Shown piece by piece: positions 11,301 through 25,540 of a DNA stretch of 64,000 nt. The notes beneath the pieces are model-generated. The model was not told where the DNA came from and made no database searches. It worked only from the letters and a program-made list of their open reading frames with translations. How positions within the stretch are numbered: the stretch's first letter is position 1; each line of letters starts with the position of its first letter. Both the position numbers and the translations under genes were made by a program. Source of the stretch: Lama guanicoe (lineage: Eukaryota); NCBI GenBank assembly GCA_013239625.1, contig MU056029.1, positions 682,001 through 746,000 on the forward strand. The letters run 5' to 3'.

Positions 11301-14300
11301 CCACAGTCAAACCACAGCCACCTGTTCAGAATGGGTTCCATTCCCACCTCCCTCCAACTTCTTCAAAAATGTTAGCATGACCTTATTCTAAACGTGAATG
11401 CCCTGGCGGTCGACCACCCTGGGAGCACCATTTGCTGGCCTGCATTTCACCGCTCCTCGCCAGTCTCGAGATCTGGACCCTCCACATGTCCACCGTGTTG
11501 ACCCATCCCCAGTCTTTAGAACAAGCCCCACCCACTTGTTGCCCTTGGCTTCTGCATTCACTGTTCCCTTAGACTAGATGTTCTGCCTTTTTTTCTTGTC
11601 CCTTTGCAGGGCTAAATTTCTGCTATAGTCTGGGGCGGCTCTCCCCAGCTGTGGGCTGCACCAGCATCCAGCCCTGGGCTCTCTCCCTCCCAGCGCCTGC
11701 CACCTCCATGCAGCCCAGCCCGCACTCTGGACCCTTCACTCACCCACTGTGCTGCCCCCCCCACCCTGGAGCCCAGCAGTCTCCTTCAGCACTGTGTCCT
11801 CAACGCCTGGTGTTCAGGTGCTTGACACACTTGTTTTTGAGCGGATGAGTGGATGAAAAGGGTACATGAAGATAAATCACATGCAGATATTTCCATTTCC
11901 CACAACGAGCTTCTGAGCTGGCTGCGGAAGCAGTTACGTGCACAACTAACCTGCCAGAAGTTGGGTCTGAGCAGGTGGGAGTGGTGTACATTGAACCCCA
12001 CAGATCACAGGGCAAGCAGTGCGCAGGGGTGGTTGTGGGGTCTGGGAAGTGTTAGAGAAGAGGAGGTGACATCTGAGTTTTCTCCTTAATGGCTTTTTTT
12101 TTTTAAACAAATGCGCTGAAGAATCATGCAGCACTACCAGCATTGGACGCGATCAGGGGCTACAAGTCTGCACACTCCTTTGCAACTGGTCCTGGATGGC
12201 AGACCTTTGCAGCTTGCCTTTACTGGTTACTGGGACCCTTGCATTATTTTCAAATAAAGACACGTGCCACTTTTTCTCCGGTTTGACTTTGCATCTGAGT
12301 TCTCCAAGAACACCATCTTGCACATCCAGAAAACTGCTTTTTGGGGTTCAAGAGAAGAGGAAAGACATTAAGTCTACATGGAATAAATATGCTATAAAGA
12401 GGTTAGAAATATGATGTTTAAATACACTGGCATTCAGAATCAGACGGATAAAAACAGATGGTCACATTTCCTGGTATCATCTATAAAACTGGAGCCTCAG
12501 CTGCTCCAAGTCTGAAGCGGATGTCATGTGCCTGTCTGCTACAGACTGACCAACACCCCAACACATCTCTAAACTGTTTCTTCCCTTTCCCAGTCATCTT
12601 CCAGGCTTTACCAAACTGGTCCCCAGGAGTGGTTGCCAGGCAACGTGACCACTGCAGTTCTTGCTACTCCCACTAGAGGCATCTTCAAAACATCTTGAAG
12701 TTACCACTGTTGGTACAGCCAGTTGGCTGCAAGCCCCCTGATCACTAAGACGAAGGAGGAGGGTGGGCTGGAGCCGGACCGCTTCCCAGGACCCCAGGTC
12801 TGGCAAGAGAACATCTGAACACCGAGGACAGAGCCCAGCTCTTATAAGGGACGGGCTCAGGAAACCATTGTTGCAATGAATATGATCACTCGAATTGTGG
12901 TGATTTTGTTGTTACCACGTCAAAAATGAGTTTCAGGACATCTAGATGAAGAACAAAACATCACAAGTTGTTTTCTACTTAGCCAGACCCAGAGTGGTGC
13001 TCCATGGAGGTGGGTCCCTCCCTTCCCCAGGGAAGCAGTAGGAGGAGGGAGCAGGTTGGGGTCGGGGGAGGCAAATAAAGAAAGGGCTGCTTCTGCGTGG
13101 GTGTTTTCCCAAAGCCCGGCTTTCTGAGTGAAAAGCCTGTCTCCCCGCTGGGACGGCTGGCTCCCTGCTCTCTCTCTGGGGTCCTGCCGTCTCTGAAGCT
13201 TTGCCCATCCGCTCTCAGGAGCCAGAGGTGTTTCAAGAACACAGCCCAGGAGATTTCCCACCCGCACCTCCAGAACAGACTTGGAGTGGCCACAGCCCAC
13301 ATCTCGCCCTCTCACCCTCAGGCACAGAACTCCATAGTAGTTTGTAAGGCTTGTCCATGCACTTACGGTCTTTCCTCCCCCGAAACAAACCCCAGCTGAT
13401 TATCCAGGCTGATGACTTCCAGCAGCGAGGGCCCACGTGTCTCCATGGTGATGATTTACGCTTGGGTCTCCTAGGAGACGATCACACGTGCGACAGACTT
13501 CAGATTCGTTTTACTGCCCAAAATGTGAAGTGATTTCCTTTTCACACTGAAATAGGCTCAGAATTCATAAGTTAAAATTGAATTTTTTCTTAACCATTTT
13601 TTTCCCCATGGCATAAAAAAAGATGAGGTATTCCAAAGGGGGAAAGAGAGGCGGTAAAGGTAAGAAAAACGCATAGTTTCTTGAACTGTGTTATAAATAA
13701 CCTCAAAAAGGAAGCCATATGCCTGAGGCAGGGCATCAGAATGCATTCACGCTGTATTTTAGGGACAGTTTGGTCCAGAGGATTGAGACTCTATTTACAT
13801 TTGGTATTTACTTCGGATTTAATCTTGGAGGATTTATAACACAAAGCTCTGGCTGAGGCTGGGTTGAGAACACACGGGGCTTCCTGTGTTGCACCGATTC
13901 ACAGACTGAAGTTCATCGTCACCACACACCCCTGCTTGGCCTGCGACGCAGCCATGGAGAGCCTCCTGGCCACAGCACCGAAAACTGACCTTTGCAGCCA
14001 ACACACTCCATTTGCCTGAAAGTTCAGGCAGCCACCAAGCCAAGAGGTGCCGGCCTCAAGGGTGATGCCCCAGGGCGCCTGCGAGGAGGGGTCAGTGTGG
14101 AAGCGTGGAGGTGGGACAGCCCCAGGATGGTGGCAGGAAAATCACCATATGTGCGTCTAGTCCAGAAGGCTTACCTGTTTCTCACAAAAACAGGAGTTGG
14201 TTCATCTCATGCTCATCCACAAGAGGGCTACCTGCCATCATCTCTGGTCGCAAAGTCTCCCTGCAGAAAGACAAGAAGGCGGGTGGGGCGGAGGCTGACA

Positions 14301-14630
14301 CGGAGGGCGCCCGGCAGCCGCGATGGACGGCTTTCCGCCTTGAGTCAGTACAACCCAGGACGTATGCTGAGCACCTGCAGTGGACCAAATGCTGCAGGGC
14401 CATGGCGTGGCCGGCCTCTTCTTTCCAGAGTCATCTCCTAATCAGAGAAACAAACATAAGCCATGATCGTCATAAAATGGGGTGGCTGCTATTCAGGGGT
14501 GCGTTCCGAATGCTTAGGGAGCTCAGAGAAGGGAGCGACTGACTTTGTCGGGGGAAAGTTGTGGGTAGTGTGGAAAGTCTGATCAAGGGACAGGGTGAAG
14601 GGAGGCCCCCAGACAGAGGGCCATATTTTA

Positions 14631-14881
14631 TTTATTTTTTATTATTTTTTTTATTGAAGTATAGTCAGTTTACAATGTGTCAGTTTCTGATGTACAGCAT
14701 GTCTCAGTCATACTCATACATACATATATTCATTTTCATGTTCTTTGTCATTATAGGGTATTACAAGAGAGTGAATATGGCTCCCTCTGCTCTACAGTAG
14801 GTCCTTGTTGTTCATCTGTTTTATATATAGTAGTGTGTATCTGCAAATCTTGAACTCCCAATTTATCCCTTTCTACCCAAA
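14631..14881 (-). mobile_element. Short L1 3' end with TSD
   Basis: Poly(T) tail plus TTGAAGTATAGTCAGTTTACAATGTGTC. TSD AGGGCCATATTTTA (14617-14630) and AGGGCCATACTTTA (14882-14895). Confidence 0.9.
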
Positions 14882-16180
14882 AGGGCCATACTTTAAATAG
14901 TTGTCAAAGAACAAGTTTAAGTCCATTTATTCCAGGCGCCCAGAAGGGGGCTGCAGGAGCTGATTTCAGGCTAAGCAAAGGCCCCGTGGTGCCAAGGGGC
15001 CTGATGTGAGAAGTCAAGTGTCTGTACGTCTGGGATCCACGTCACACTCTGGGCTTCATGCTGTCTCTTTCAGGGCATTTGGGGTCCAGCAGCTTGGCTC
15101 TTGGACTGGACGGTGAGCCTCCAGGTTACAGCACTTTTGTTTCAGTTATCTTTGGCACCTAAAACATCTTCAAATTTGTTGAATAAAGAAATGAAATAAT
15201 GAATAAACACGTCAATACAATGCATGAACAAATGAGGAATTTTGTTTGTGGATTTTAAGTTAGTCATTAGTTCCTTTAGATCAGGACACAGGGTTCTAGG
15301 TTTTTCTTTTGATCAAGCCAGTTAGTTAGCTTATGAAAAAAAATTGGGTCCTGAAAACCTCATGCCTCAGCTTCAGAAAGTGGTTTTCCCTTGTTTTACA
15401 GAAAACAGAATAACTATTCATGGGGTGCTTGGCTTAGAACGACCCTTTCAGGTAGAACCCAGTCGGAGGAACTAACATGCATTTGGTAGAACACTGATGT
15501 GACACACACCCAGGAGGAACGCACCACGCCATACGGCTGTGATGGGTTAGAACGTTGCAGCTGTGGGCTGATACCGATTAAAAGAGAACCAAAATAGTAT
15601 TAAGCATGCACTGATATTTATAGCATATCTCTCTTCCATTTTCTGTAGTGAATCAACTCCCTGTGATGAGGTTTAACCGAATTTCTCAATATTCTGATAC
15701 ATCAACCCATACACAAATGGACAAAAAAATAACTGTTGGACCAAAGCAAAAATAAAGTGAAAATATTTTTCAGTAAATTAAAAAAAATTTCATAGTGTGC
15801 AACTTGAATAAAAACTAATATTACAGATATAGTGCTTAAAAATACACTGGAAGGGGTTCTCCTAAGGTGGTGAGGTAAACACAGCCTCTATGAGCTGTGA
15901 TCAGGCAATTAGGGTAACTTTTTTTTTTGTGGGATGACAAGGAAGGTCATTGCTGAGAGCTAAAGACAGGAATGTCAACTTTAACAAATCCGTAAAATGT
16001 GTGTTAATAACATTACCGTAGTTCAATGACCCACAGTTAGACTGTGGACCCTTGAAAAGCCCTGGAAATAAAATTTCTGATTTGAATCTAATAAATTGCA
16101 TATCTATAAAATATATACGATATTTTAGGGGTTAGGGGATAAATGACCATCTTAAGAACAAACATCAGAATTAGAACCAT

Positions 16181-16260
16181 CAGGAAGGAAAGGAGGAAGG
16201 GGGAAGGGGGGAGGGAGGGAGGAGGGGGGAAGTGGGGGAAAAGAACAAAAAAGAAAAGAG
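16181..16260 (+). repeat. Purine-rich G-tract low-complexity region (G4/H-DNA potential)
   Basis: About 80 nt almost entirely G/A with several runs of three or more G. Confidence 0.8.
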
Positions 16261-17384
16261 TAACAATTCTAAATCTATAGAAAGGAAGCAATAATTCTGT
16301 GACTATAGTGGCCACTGGGCTGGCTATAAATGCACAGCTGCCTGGAAGAAATCCTCCTGTCACATGTAAGGTTCGTAATGGAAACCACGTGTATGTTTCT
16401 AGACGGACGATGGCCGCTGTAGACAGGCGGTAATGACAAGAACAATTACAACAATATTGAGTATAGATAAACTCAATATCGAAAGTGAGTAATCCGTCCA
16501 AGGTTAGTAAGACTAAACAGAGAAGCAAAATTCTAACTCAGGATGCCTGACTCCCTGACTCCTGTTCTTACACGTCGTTAGAAATAATTTAAAACGTGGA
16601 TTAGAGAATCTGTGAAGAAGAGGAGACTTTGGTTCATGCTTTTCAAAGAGTGGTTCATGGAATATCTGCATCCAATGACATAGGATATTTTTCAAAATAC
16701 AGGTGCTTAGGTCCAACCCTGACCAGGTTGATTGGAATTTGCAATTTAACAAGCTCTTCTGTTGATTCATAAATACGTGAGAACTTGGGAATCCCTGACC
16801 TAACCAAAGCGGAGTCATTGAAAACCCATTATATTGGAGGTGAGGTTGGTACCCTGGTACAGCATTGAGTGGGAGGGACCAGTCAACATGGCCTCTTGGC
16901 TTACTATTAAGGATGTGGTGCTTTCTTAGATTTGACTCTATAGCTTCACCAGTTTAAAAACGTCCCCCTTTGTAACAAGTCACACACTGCTATCTGCCTA
17001 AAAGTTTCCTGCATTTGGGGCTAGTTCCTAATGAACTCTGAGCTGATACATCATGCCAGTAACCTAGTGTCACCATCTTTACATGAGCATTTTATTTTGT
17101 CACTTGGGCAGAAGATTTCTTCACATAGCACAAATAGCAGCAACTAATAACTGAAATTAATCTTGCCGATTTCATTCCAAGTATACTTGCTTGGAGAGTC
17201 ATATACAATTATTCAATTACATGTGTATGCTAAATATAGCAGCCAGTTCTTAATCACATGAGGGCAACATGAAGGCATTTCAGCAGTGAGAAGAGAAACA
17301 TGCAAGCCTTGCAATTAAATATTTTTATCATTAAACAAAGTCCACAGATGACTTTGGGGAACTCGACTTTTGATTGATGTTATT

Positions 17385-17462
17385 TGTGTGTGTGTGTGTG
17401 TGTGTGTGTCTGTGTATGTTTGTGTGTGTGTGTGCGTGTGTCTGTGTGTGTGTGTGTGTGTG
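17385..17462. repeat. Imperfect (TG)n microsatellite
   Basis: Direct reading. Shorter TG arrays at about 5053-5065 and 5835-5862. Confidence 0.95.
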
Positions 17463-17773
17463 TTGGGGGAGGGATGTTTTAACCACATTTATGTAATTTA
17501 TATTGTAAATTTCCTAAGGCTTTATTTTGATTTCTTCCTCAAAGAAGAATGAGCCCCACCTTCTGGACACTTAATCAGTACTTCCAGTGGGCAGATGACC
17601 TTTTCTGACAAAGAGACTGAGAGATTAAGAGAAGATGGAGGCTGTTAAAGCAAAACTGGATGTGTTCTCTGTGATAACTAAAATACACATTTCAGATGTA
17701 TGATCCCACAGCTCACTGTTCCTGTAAAACAACAATGTCCCGTGGATAAAAGTAACTGCACACCTGCGTGAGC

Positions 17774-17956
17774 TAGCGCTGTCCGCAGGGCTTCTTCGAG
17801 GATGGAACTGTTCTGTGTCTGCACCGCCAACACCAGAGCCACTAGCCACATCGAGCACTTGAAGTGTACCTAGTGCAACCGAGGAACTGAATTTTAATTT
17901 TACTTAATTTAAATATGAATGGCCGTGTAGGGCTATTACTGGCCAGCACAGCGCTA
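17774..17956. mobile_element. MER3-like hAT-Charlie MITE
   Basis: Inverted ends TAGCGCTGT...ACAGCGCTA and internal GCCACTAGCCACAT...GAGCACTTGAA...GAGGAACTGAATTTTAATTTT. Confidence 0.85.
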
Positions 17957-18399
17957 CGATATAGACTAGTCCAGGTATTTAAGATTTTCTCAACTTACTA
18001 ACATACTATATTTTGAAAGTGTATATGTAGGAAGGTGAGAAGTAAAAAGCAGTATAAACAAAAGAGTTTTGAAAAGAGTTTTCCACAAGAGAAAATTAAC
18101 GTCATATGAATTACATATAGCTCAATTTCACACAATAGCAGAGTTGAACGTCATCTTCAACTTTAAGAAGTATACAAATGTCAAGCTGCTCTGTGACCTC
18201 CACATTGGGGCCACAGGGCTTAAGTAAATGCACCACTTTGGCTAATAGTTGGCTTCTTCGAAAGAGTGAGTTCCTATTGCCATTAATTCTAGTAAGAGAT
18301 TAAACTTGGGGCAGGAAATGGGGATTCTGATTCTGGTGAGGAGGGAAAAAAATAAATGTCCTGTTCTCTTTGGGATGAAGATGACTGGGGGACTCTTAT

Positions 18400-19590
18400 C
18401 TTTTGCTGGATATGCAATTACAGGTTGACAATTCTTTCAGCACATAAAACAATGTCCTACCACTTTCTCCTGGCCTCCATAGCTTTTTCACGAGGACTCT
18501 GCTATCATTCAAATTGATTTTCTCCTAAAAATAAGGTGTTATTTCTCAAACATCTTTCAAGAATTGTTTCTTTGTCTTTAGTTTCCAGACATTTGACTAT
18601 GATGGGTCTCTATGTGGATTATTTTGGGTCTACCCTAGTTGTGGTTCGTGCTGGCTCGTGTATCTCCATGTTTATGACTTTTACAAACTTTCAATATTTG
18701 ATATTTTCAGCCATTTTTTGGAGTTTTTTTCTTTTTCATTTTTTTGGAGTTTTTTTTTTCCCCTCCCTCATTCAACTTTGACACTTGAGGAAAGGAGAGC
18801 CTCCTCATGGTCAGGTGGGGGTTTCAGCTTCCCAGCAGACCTCTATGGGTGCCATTATGCCTGGAATTCACAAGAGTGCCTTCACTGCTACCCACATGGG
18901 GATGCACTGTGGAATGTGGCCTCACTGGCACTGGGCAGTGATGAGAGTCCTAGCTCTACACCGGACTTCCTCTGACACCACCCAGCCTGGAAGCAGAGAG
19001 ATGCTTCATACCAACATGACGGCTGGGAAGTCCTGGCTCCTTATATGGTCCCCACCGCTACTATGTGGGGAGGAGGCTCACTGTCACCTATCAGAAATGA
19101 ATATCCTAGCTCCCTATCAGCCTTCTCTGACACCACCCCAGGGTCGCGCTGGGCCCCTCTTTGCAGCCTGGCGGGGTTGGAAGTCTAGGTTCCCCAGTTG
19201 GCCTTTTACTGTCCTGGGTAGATGGGGTCTGCCCTGTTTGGCTGCAGGAGAGCAGTTATTGTCTAAATGTTGTCTGTCTTACTAGGCTGCCCCTTTCCTG
19301 CTCCTTTGGCTAGAGAAAGCAGCTTTTTTTTTCGTCGATTCCTATCGGGATCTCTGGCTCACCAGCTTCTTTAGGTACAAGTCTGTGATGTATGCAACAA
19401 AAAGAAAACTCAGAGAACTCAACACCATGTTGTCCTTGGGTCTGTTGGCCCCTAACCAGTATGCCCTTCTCTCTCCACCTTTCAGAGTCTTCCTATGATT
19501 GTCCCACATACATGTCCAGGGTTTCAGCTGTACTTAGTGGAAGGAAAAGGAAAAGGCATGTATGCTCCATCTTCTGGTAAGTAAAAGTAC
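18400..19590 (-). mobile_element. Old L1M 5'/ORF1-region remnant
   Basis: T-rich degenerate sequence similar to 56700-57750 (CTTTCTCCTGGCCTCCAT...ATCATTCAAATTG; TTCTCTCCACCTTTCAGAGTCTTC). Confidence 0.65.
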
Positions 19591-22129
19591 CTGTTATAAA
19601 TTTTTAAGTTTAATTTTTAAAAGATGATAACGTGGAGTTCTTGCTATAGGGCTAGGAATTATTCTGAGCACATTACATATATTTTATCCTCATGATAACC
19701 TGTTAAGATGGATATTTTTTATTAGCCCAGTTTTCCAGGTTTCCAAAAAGTTAACCAAGCCCCAAGGAGGCTGAGTAACTCTGCAGTCAGGGGGCGGCCC
19801 AGCAGGTTTGGGGGCTCCCACTCCACACATTCACAAGAAAGGCTTCTCTCCAGTGCTATGTTTACAGGATGCCAGGCCAAAATCCCTGCTTCGTATTAAC
19901 ACATCCTTTTTCCTCCACAGTGATGTCTAAACCCTCATTATTCTTACTGGCAGATACCTCTTTTCATTTGAAAAATGGAAAACTGAAGATCTTCTTTAAT
20001 CTGGGAGAAAATAACTCAAAAAAAACCCCATCATTTATGAATTTGTGGGAGGAAGACAGCCCACTGACAGTGTCACAATGAGAATGCTTTGAATCGGCAG
20101 GACAAGCCATGGGCTTGCGACCTGTGACAGAGCATCGAGTTTCAGCATTAAACTGGTTCTCCAAGTTATAACAGAAATGGACCAAAATGACAGTTTATTA
20201 TTACAGAATTTGGGCAGTAGATACATCATCAAATCTTACATTTAGGAAAGATTACCATGATCATGTTTAAAAAAATACCCCTTGTACAACGTAAGCCTGA
20301 TAAAGTTTATAAAGCAGTGATAGGGCTTAAATTTTGGCCCTTGAAAGCATTTTCTTGCCACCAGCCCACCTTTGGGAGAAACTGTTCCTCACCCAACTTC
20401 ATCCCTAAGACAGGAGTCCAGGAGTCCATGACACTGACACTCACACCCTGGGTCCTTCCCGCGTCTCCTGAGTCAGAGTTCAGACCCAAGAGGGCGCTGC
20501 TCTGGGCCTGCGGACGGCAGGTTGACTCTGCTTTTCCCCGAGGGCCTCTCTGGGGGCTGCGTTCTTCCCAGGCATCAATTCCGGAAGGATCACTGGGCGA
20601 TTAAAACTAATTAATATAATTTTAGAAGTAACTTTCATATATTAATCTCTTAATTATCCTGTAAGCAGCAGTAACAGAGCTCATGGTTCTCCTGCCACCG
20701 CCTCCATGATTTACTTGTATGTGGAAATTAGCATTTTAACCTGACGTCCTGCTACTTCGCTGAGAACTCAGGACCCTCGAGGTTATTAGAAATTGCATCT
20801 CCTTAAAGGGCAGGTGAGTGAGTGGAATTTTATCCCTGAAAGTGCCGCTCACAAGGCCTGTCTGGCCAAACGTGTCCAAATCAGCATTGCATTCCTTTGC
20901 TCTTGAATTTTGATCTTGAATTATATTTTTGTCCCTCTGTCACAAAATGGCACCATGCACACCACCTGCAGTGCACAGGAACTAAAGTTGTTAAAGGTTT
21001 GGGGCACGGACGCCCTGGTGCCCCCCCTCCGCTCTCACTGATCCCTGTGCGCTGTGGTCTGTGCCTGGTGGCCTCTGTGTGAAGGCTCTCCTCCCACTCC
21101 GCTCACTTGCTCCCTCTGCAGAGGAGGCTTTATCTGACTCAACTGTGGAAGGGTGAACGGGGAACGCTCAGCTTGGCCAGTCTTTCTTCTGAGAAATGGG
21201 CTTGCCAGTGGGGAGCACCCCCTGTCTTTCTCCATCACCCATGGAGATGCCTAGAGGCATGCGCATCCCAACCTGGGGCACAGTTTGAAAAGTCCTCATT
21301 TCAGCCACATTCCTCGATACTTCAGTGTTGTTCTGTAAAAAGATGGTGTCTTTCTTCTCCCTTTCTTGTGTTCTGCTTTAATTCTCAGCTGGTTCGGGTC
21401 CAAATGGGTAAGAAGGACATCCTGGATCCAAACCCAATTCTTCTCACTAATCTACCAGCGTTGGAGACCGTCTTTGTGTGAGCAGGCACTGGAGAAGCCC
21501 CTGCAGTGTGGCAATCATTGCAACCGAGCCACGAAACCACCTTCCACAGCAAGACACTGAATTTTACTTTATGTAATATAGTATTTAGTAATAATAGTTA
21601 TTTTATAGCCTATCTAATAATTATTTAAAAGTGTATCACTCTGTCCTTTCTTGTAACCTATGTCATGTTTCCAACCAGAATCTAAAATCCCGAAGGACTG
21701 CAGTCATGTCATCTGACCCCATGTGTCCTCCCCAGATCTTAAAATGATGCTTTGACCCGAACAGGCACCTGTTCAATGTTGGTGGTGATCTCTCACCTCG
21801 GGTTACAAGTGTAGGTAACATGAAGATGTTTTAGTAACTGTGACCATACTTGGCTATGTGTATCCATCTCCCAGTTTACAAACAAACTCACTCCCCTGGG
21901 GCCAAGGCATCCATTAGAAGGTGCACGTTCACCACCGTCACACAACAGTTACCAAGAGCTGTTTTCAGACATCCCTCCGGCGTCTTCCCCGCTAACAGTT
22001 CAGTCACTGCGGCAGGAGTTTCAGCTGCGGTCTGGCGGAGATTGCGTGACATAGCAGCGAGTCTGTGAGTAGTGAGCCTTTATATTTTATACAAAGACAC
22101 AACCCCCTCCTTCTTCCCAGCCTCTCTGC

Positions 22130-22645
22130 TGCCGACTGAAACAAAACGCACCACCTAAACCTTGAGAGTTGTGTTTTATTTGGCGGACATTTCTGAGGAC
22201 TCAGCCCATTTCTGAGAGGCTGAGGATGGCAGCCTCTCAGGTCGCTCTGAGGGACTTCTCCAAAGGGGTAGGCAAGGAGCCAGGATATACAGGAGTTTTT
22301 ATAATAAAGATCAGGTAGTCGGAACAGCAAAAGATTACTGGTTAACTAAAGAAAACCAGACATCTCAAGTTAAAGAATCTGGCACTTTTCTATGCACGGG
22401 AAGGTGCAAAGCTGTGGGCTCATTGAAATCATTCCTTTGACAAGCACCTGGCTGTCCAGGGCCGGTGTCCTGTTCTCCCACATCCTGCGTCCCTCAGGCG
22501 ACAGGTTGGGGGTCCCTGCAGAGGCCGGGCTGCCTGCTTGTCTGCATCCTGAGTTCCTCCACGGGCTGTTGGAGCAGCGGCTGATGACTTGGTGTTTACA
22601 ACATTCTTTGTTTACTGACACGGCCGGCAATATTTTTTATTCACA
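22130..22645 (-). mobile_element. ERV1-like (MER41-related) solo LTR
   Basis: TGCCGACTG...TATTCACA termini, 4-bp TSD CTGC/CCGC (one CpG-type mismatch) and minus-strand AATAAA at about 22175. Family name recalled, not verified. Confidence 0.8.
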
Positions 22646-23320
22646 CCGCTTTCAGCACCACCCTGGAAGCCGCCTCTGTGGATACTTGGCAGTTGAGTGC
22701 CAGCCATCGGAAGCCTCACCTCAATTTACCACTTGCTTACATTTACTATTTGCGTACCTTATCATAGCTCATTCTAATTATTAGCTTGAACCATATAAAA
22801 CTGCCTCGTTTCGACCCACAAAAAGTCCATTTCATAGTATGAATTTTTAGTAAGTCAGAGGTTTTCTGAATTGTGTCTGCAGAGACACCCGTCCTGGTGG
22901 GACCCCTGGCTAACCATCTTCTCACCATAGGGGGTGGTCACTAGTGCTGGTCAGCTCTTCCTGTCTGCTGTAATTCCTAATTTTTTGGGTACTTATTTGG
23001 CCTGTTCATGGTCCATTCTTTCCTCTTTATACAGATGGAGAAAAACTAATATGCTTCAGACAAACATTTATTCCACAGGCAGAAGAGAACAAAGCGAACA
23101 AAGATGCCTACAGAGAAATGCGCGGCCATGATCTCCAAGCTGGACAAACAGAGGACGCCAGGTCAGCAAAATACATGTTGGGATTTTCTTAAATGTATGC
23201 TTGATAGCAGGGTCCTAAACTCAGTGTGTTCAATGCTGACATCTGTGTCTCAGAAGTAATTTAAATTGAAACCTTGATTTGGGAAACAAAGTGTAAACAG
23301 AAGGGCACTTAATATATGTA

Positions 23321-23980
23321 GACTTGGTCCTCATCATTTGCCGGTTCCATATTTGCAAACTTTCCTACTCACGAAAGTATACTTGTCACGCCAAAATCTA
23401 TACCCCTCGTGCTTTCATGGTCATCTGGGGACATGTGCAGGGTGACAAAAATCAGAGTTTCCCCAAGTGCCCGTTCCTGGCCAAGATCAGATGAGCATAC
23501 CCTCCGGCCACTTGTTTCAGCCCTCACACTGCAAACTAGTGTCCTTTTCACGTTCTACTTCAATTTTAGGGTCTTTTTTTTTTTTTTGCATTTCTGTACC
23601 TTTTGTTTGTAATTTTTTGCTGTTTAAAAAGTTTCCTGAGGGTAGTGCTGACGTCATGTCTGGTGTTCCTCAGGACAAGACTGCGATGTGTCTTACAGAG
23701 AAAATCTGTGCTACAAAAGTTCCACCCAGGCATGAGTTGTAGGACTGTTGACCGTAAGTTCAGTGTTAATGAGTCAGCAATATGTATTAAATAAGGTGTC
23801 TTAAATGTATATACATTGTTTCAATGCAAGGCTATCTATTAATCAGTTAAAACTTTTGTGACCAGAGGCTCACAGGAACTGAACTCTGCATTCTCCCTAG
23901 AAGCAAGGTTCCATGCTCACTAATTCAGGGTTTGTGGTGAGTTTAAGAACGTATCTGCTGTGAGTAATGAGAATTGACTG
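23321..23980 (+). mobile_element. MER82 (TcMar-Tigger) non-autonomous DNA transposon, near full length
   Basis: Flanked by TA at both ends (23319-23320 and 23981-23982). Degenerate TIRs and internal GTGACCAGAGGCTCACAGGAAC and TGTCTTACAGAGAAAAT matching MER82 as recalled. Confidence 0.85.
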
Positions 23981-25540
23981 TATTCTGGATTTTTCTTTGA
24001 CTGGTTTTCAATCATTGACTAAACAAACATTTATGGGCACCACAACAGGAGGTAAAAAATACACAGACAGTTGAAATGTAGACTTGCTTTTGAAACAGAA
24101 AGAACAAAAAGTAGTAAAAATATAACGTGGGAAGGATTGATAACTTCTTATAATGATAAAGAGGCAGGAGTAAGGAGTGTGTGGTTTTCTCCGTAATAAA
24201 GAGAGCCAGGAATTTTGATCAATATCAGTACTACTGAGATACAGTTCAACTGTATCCACAGTTTGACATGGGGAGATCTTAACTGAAAGCCTGTTTACAG
24301 GGAATGACCTGGGCAAGTCGCCTGGGGAGGGTTTCTCGGATAGACAGAAAGTTGTTACAATCCTTTCTCACCAATAAAAGTACTGTTTACTGTGGGAAAA
24401 TCAAGGAGAGCCCAGCCACTCTCGGGTGTAGTGCTTCCTTAGGTTTTAGAAAACTCGCCTGAATAGCTTAAGAACAACAGGGCTGCTCCTTTATCATTTC
24501 CAATATGCACAAAGGAAGGAAAGAGACAGAAATAAAGGCTGATTCTGCTTGGAAAAATTAAAAAACAAATCATGAAAATGTCTTGGTGTTATAGGATAGA
24601 AAGATGGAAATATACAAATAAGAACGGAAATAAGAATTTTCTCACTTCCCAGACTTTATTCTGATCTAAACCAGTCCTCTTTTCCTCTTTTGGTATTTTT
24701 TTAAGCACATCTATAGGTTTTCCCTCCCCCTCTCCCCCTCCCCGTCTCTCTTTCATTTTTCTTTCTGTCTTTCTGAGACTTTGAAGAGTCTAAAGTTATA
24801 ACAGTATTATTCTTTTGTGGTTGCAATAAATTATCTTTCAGACGAAGAATTAAAATCTTTCAAGTCCAAAATAGATGTGCTCCCAAGGGCATGATACATT
24901 TGAAGAGAAAAAAAGATATTTTACATTAAATATACTTTTAAAAAATCTAACAATAACACACTTTTGCATTCAGTTACGTCTCACTTTCCTCAAAGTTTGA
25001 TTCTAAATCTTGTTCATATTTGTAGACTCAAGGTTTTTCTGAATCTCTTTTGGTCATTAGCAGTTACAAGCATACACACTTCTTTCCCATATGTGGTGCT
25101 TGAGATTTTGACCTCTTTATTACCTTGAGACTTGATAGTATAATTTTCACACGGATATCAAAGAATATCAGAGAAAATTTGTCACGTTTCTCTCAAGCTA
25201 CACCTGGTTCTGGTTTTTGTTTAACTGAATAATATACTGCTAAAATTTAAATGGCTTCTATTTTGAGAACTGTGAAGATCTGAGGCTTCACCATGCATGC
25301 ATACTAACATGGCAGCATTTCCCTGGTTCATGGATGCTGGCAGAAGGCACAAGACTCCTGGGTTAGAGATGAAGAACAGTTCATTAGAGCAATAGCAGGA
25401 GCCAGAGGAGCAGAATTTCTGTGATAGTTCCTTGAGCCCAAATCCTATAGGGTAGCCTAGTGCCAAGAGAGCCAGAGGTCACCTGCACATGCAGTGCGTG
25501 GCTTTATAGGTAAGAAGCCCTTCTCTTAAAACCCCAATTA

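Noticed and set aside
13434..13550. Possible C/D snoRNA (GTGATGA...CTGA) with 14-bp palindrome GTCTCCTAGGAGAC (13466-13479) and two CACGTG boxes
   Set aside because: No convincing terminal stem or recognisable rRNA guide; short motifs are compatible with chance.
14200..14420. CpG-island promoter
   Set aside because: Only about 200 bp of mild CpG enrichment with one GC box and no associated exon structure.
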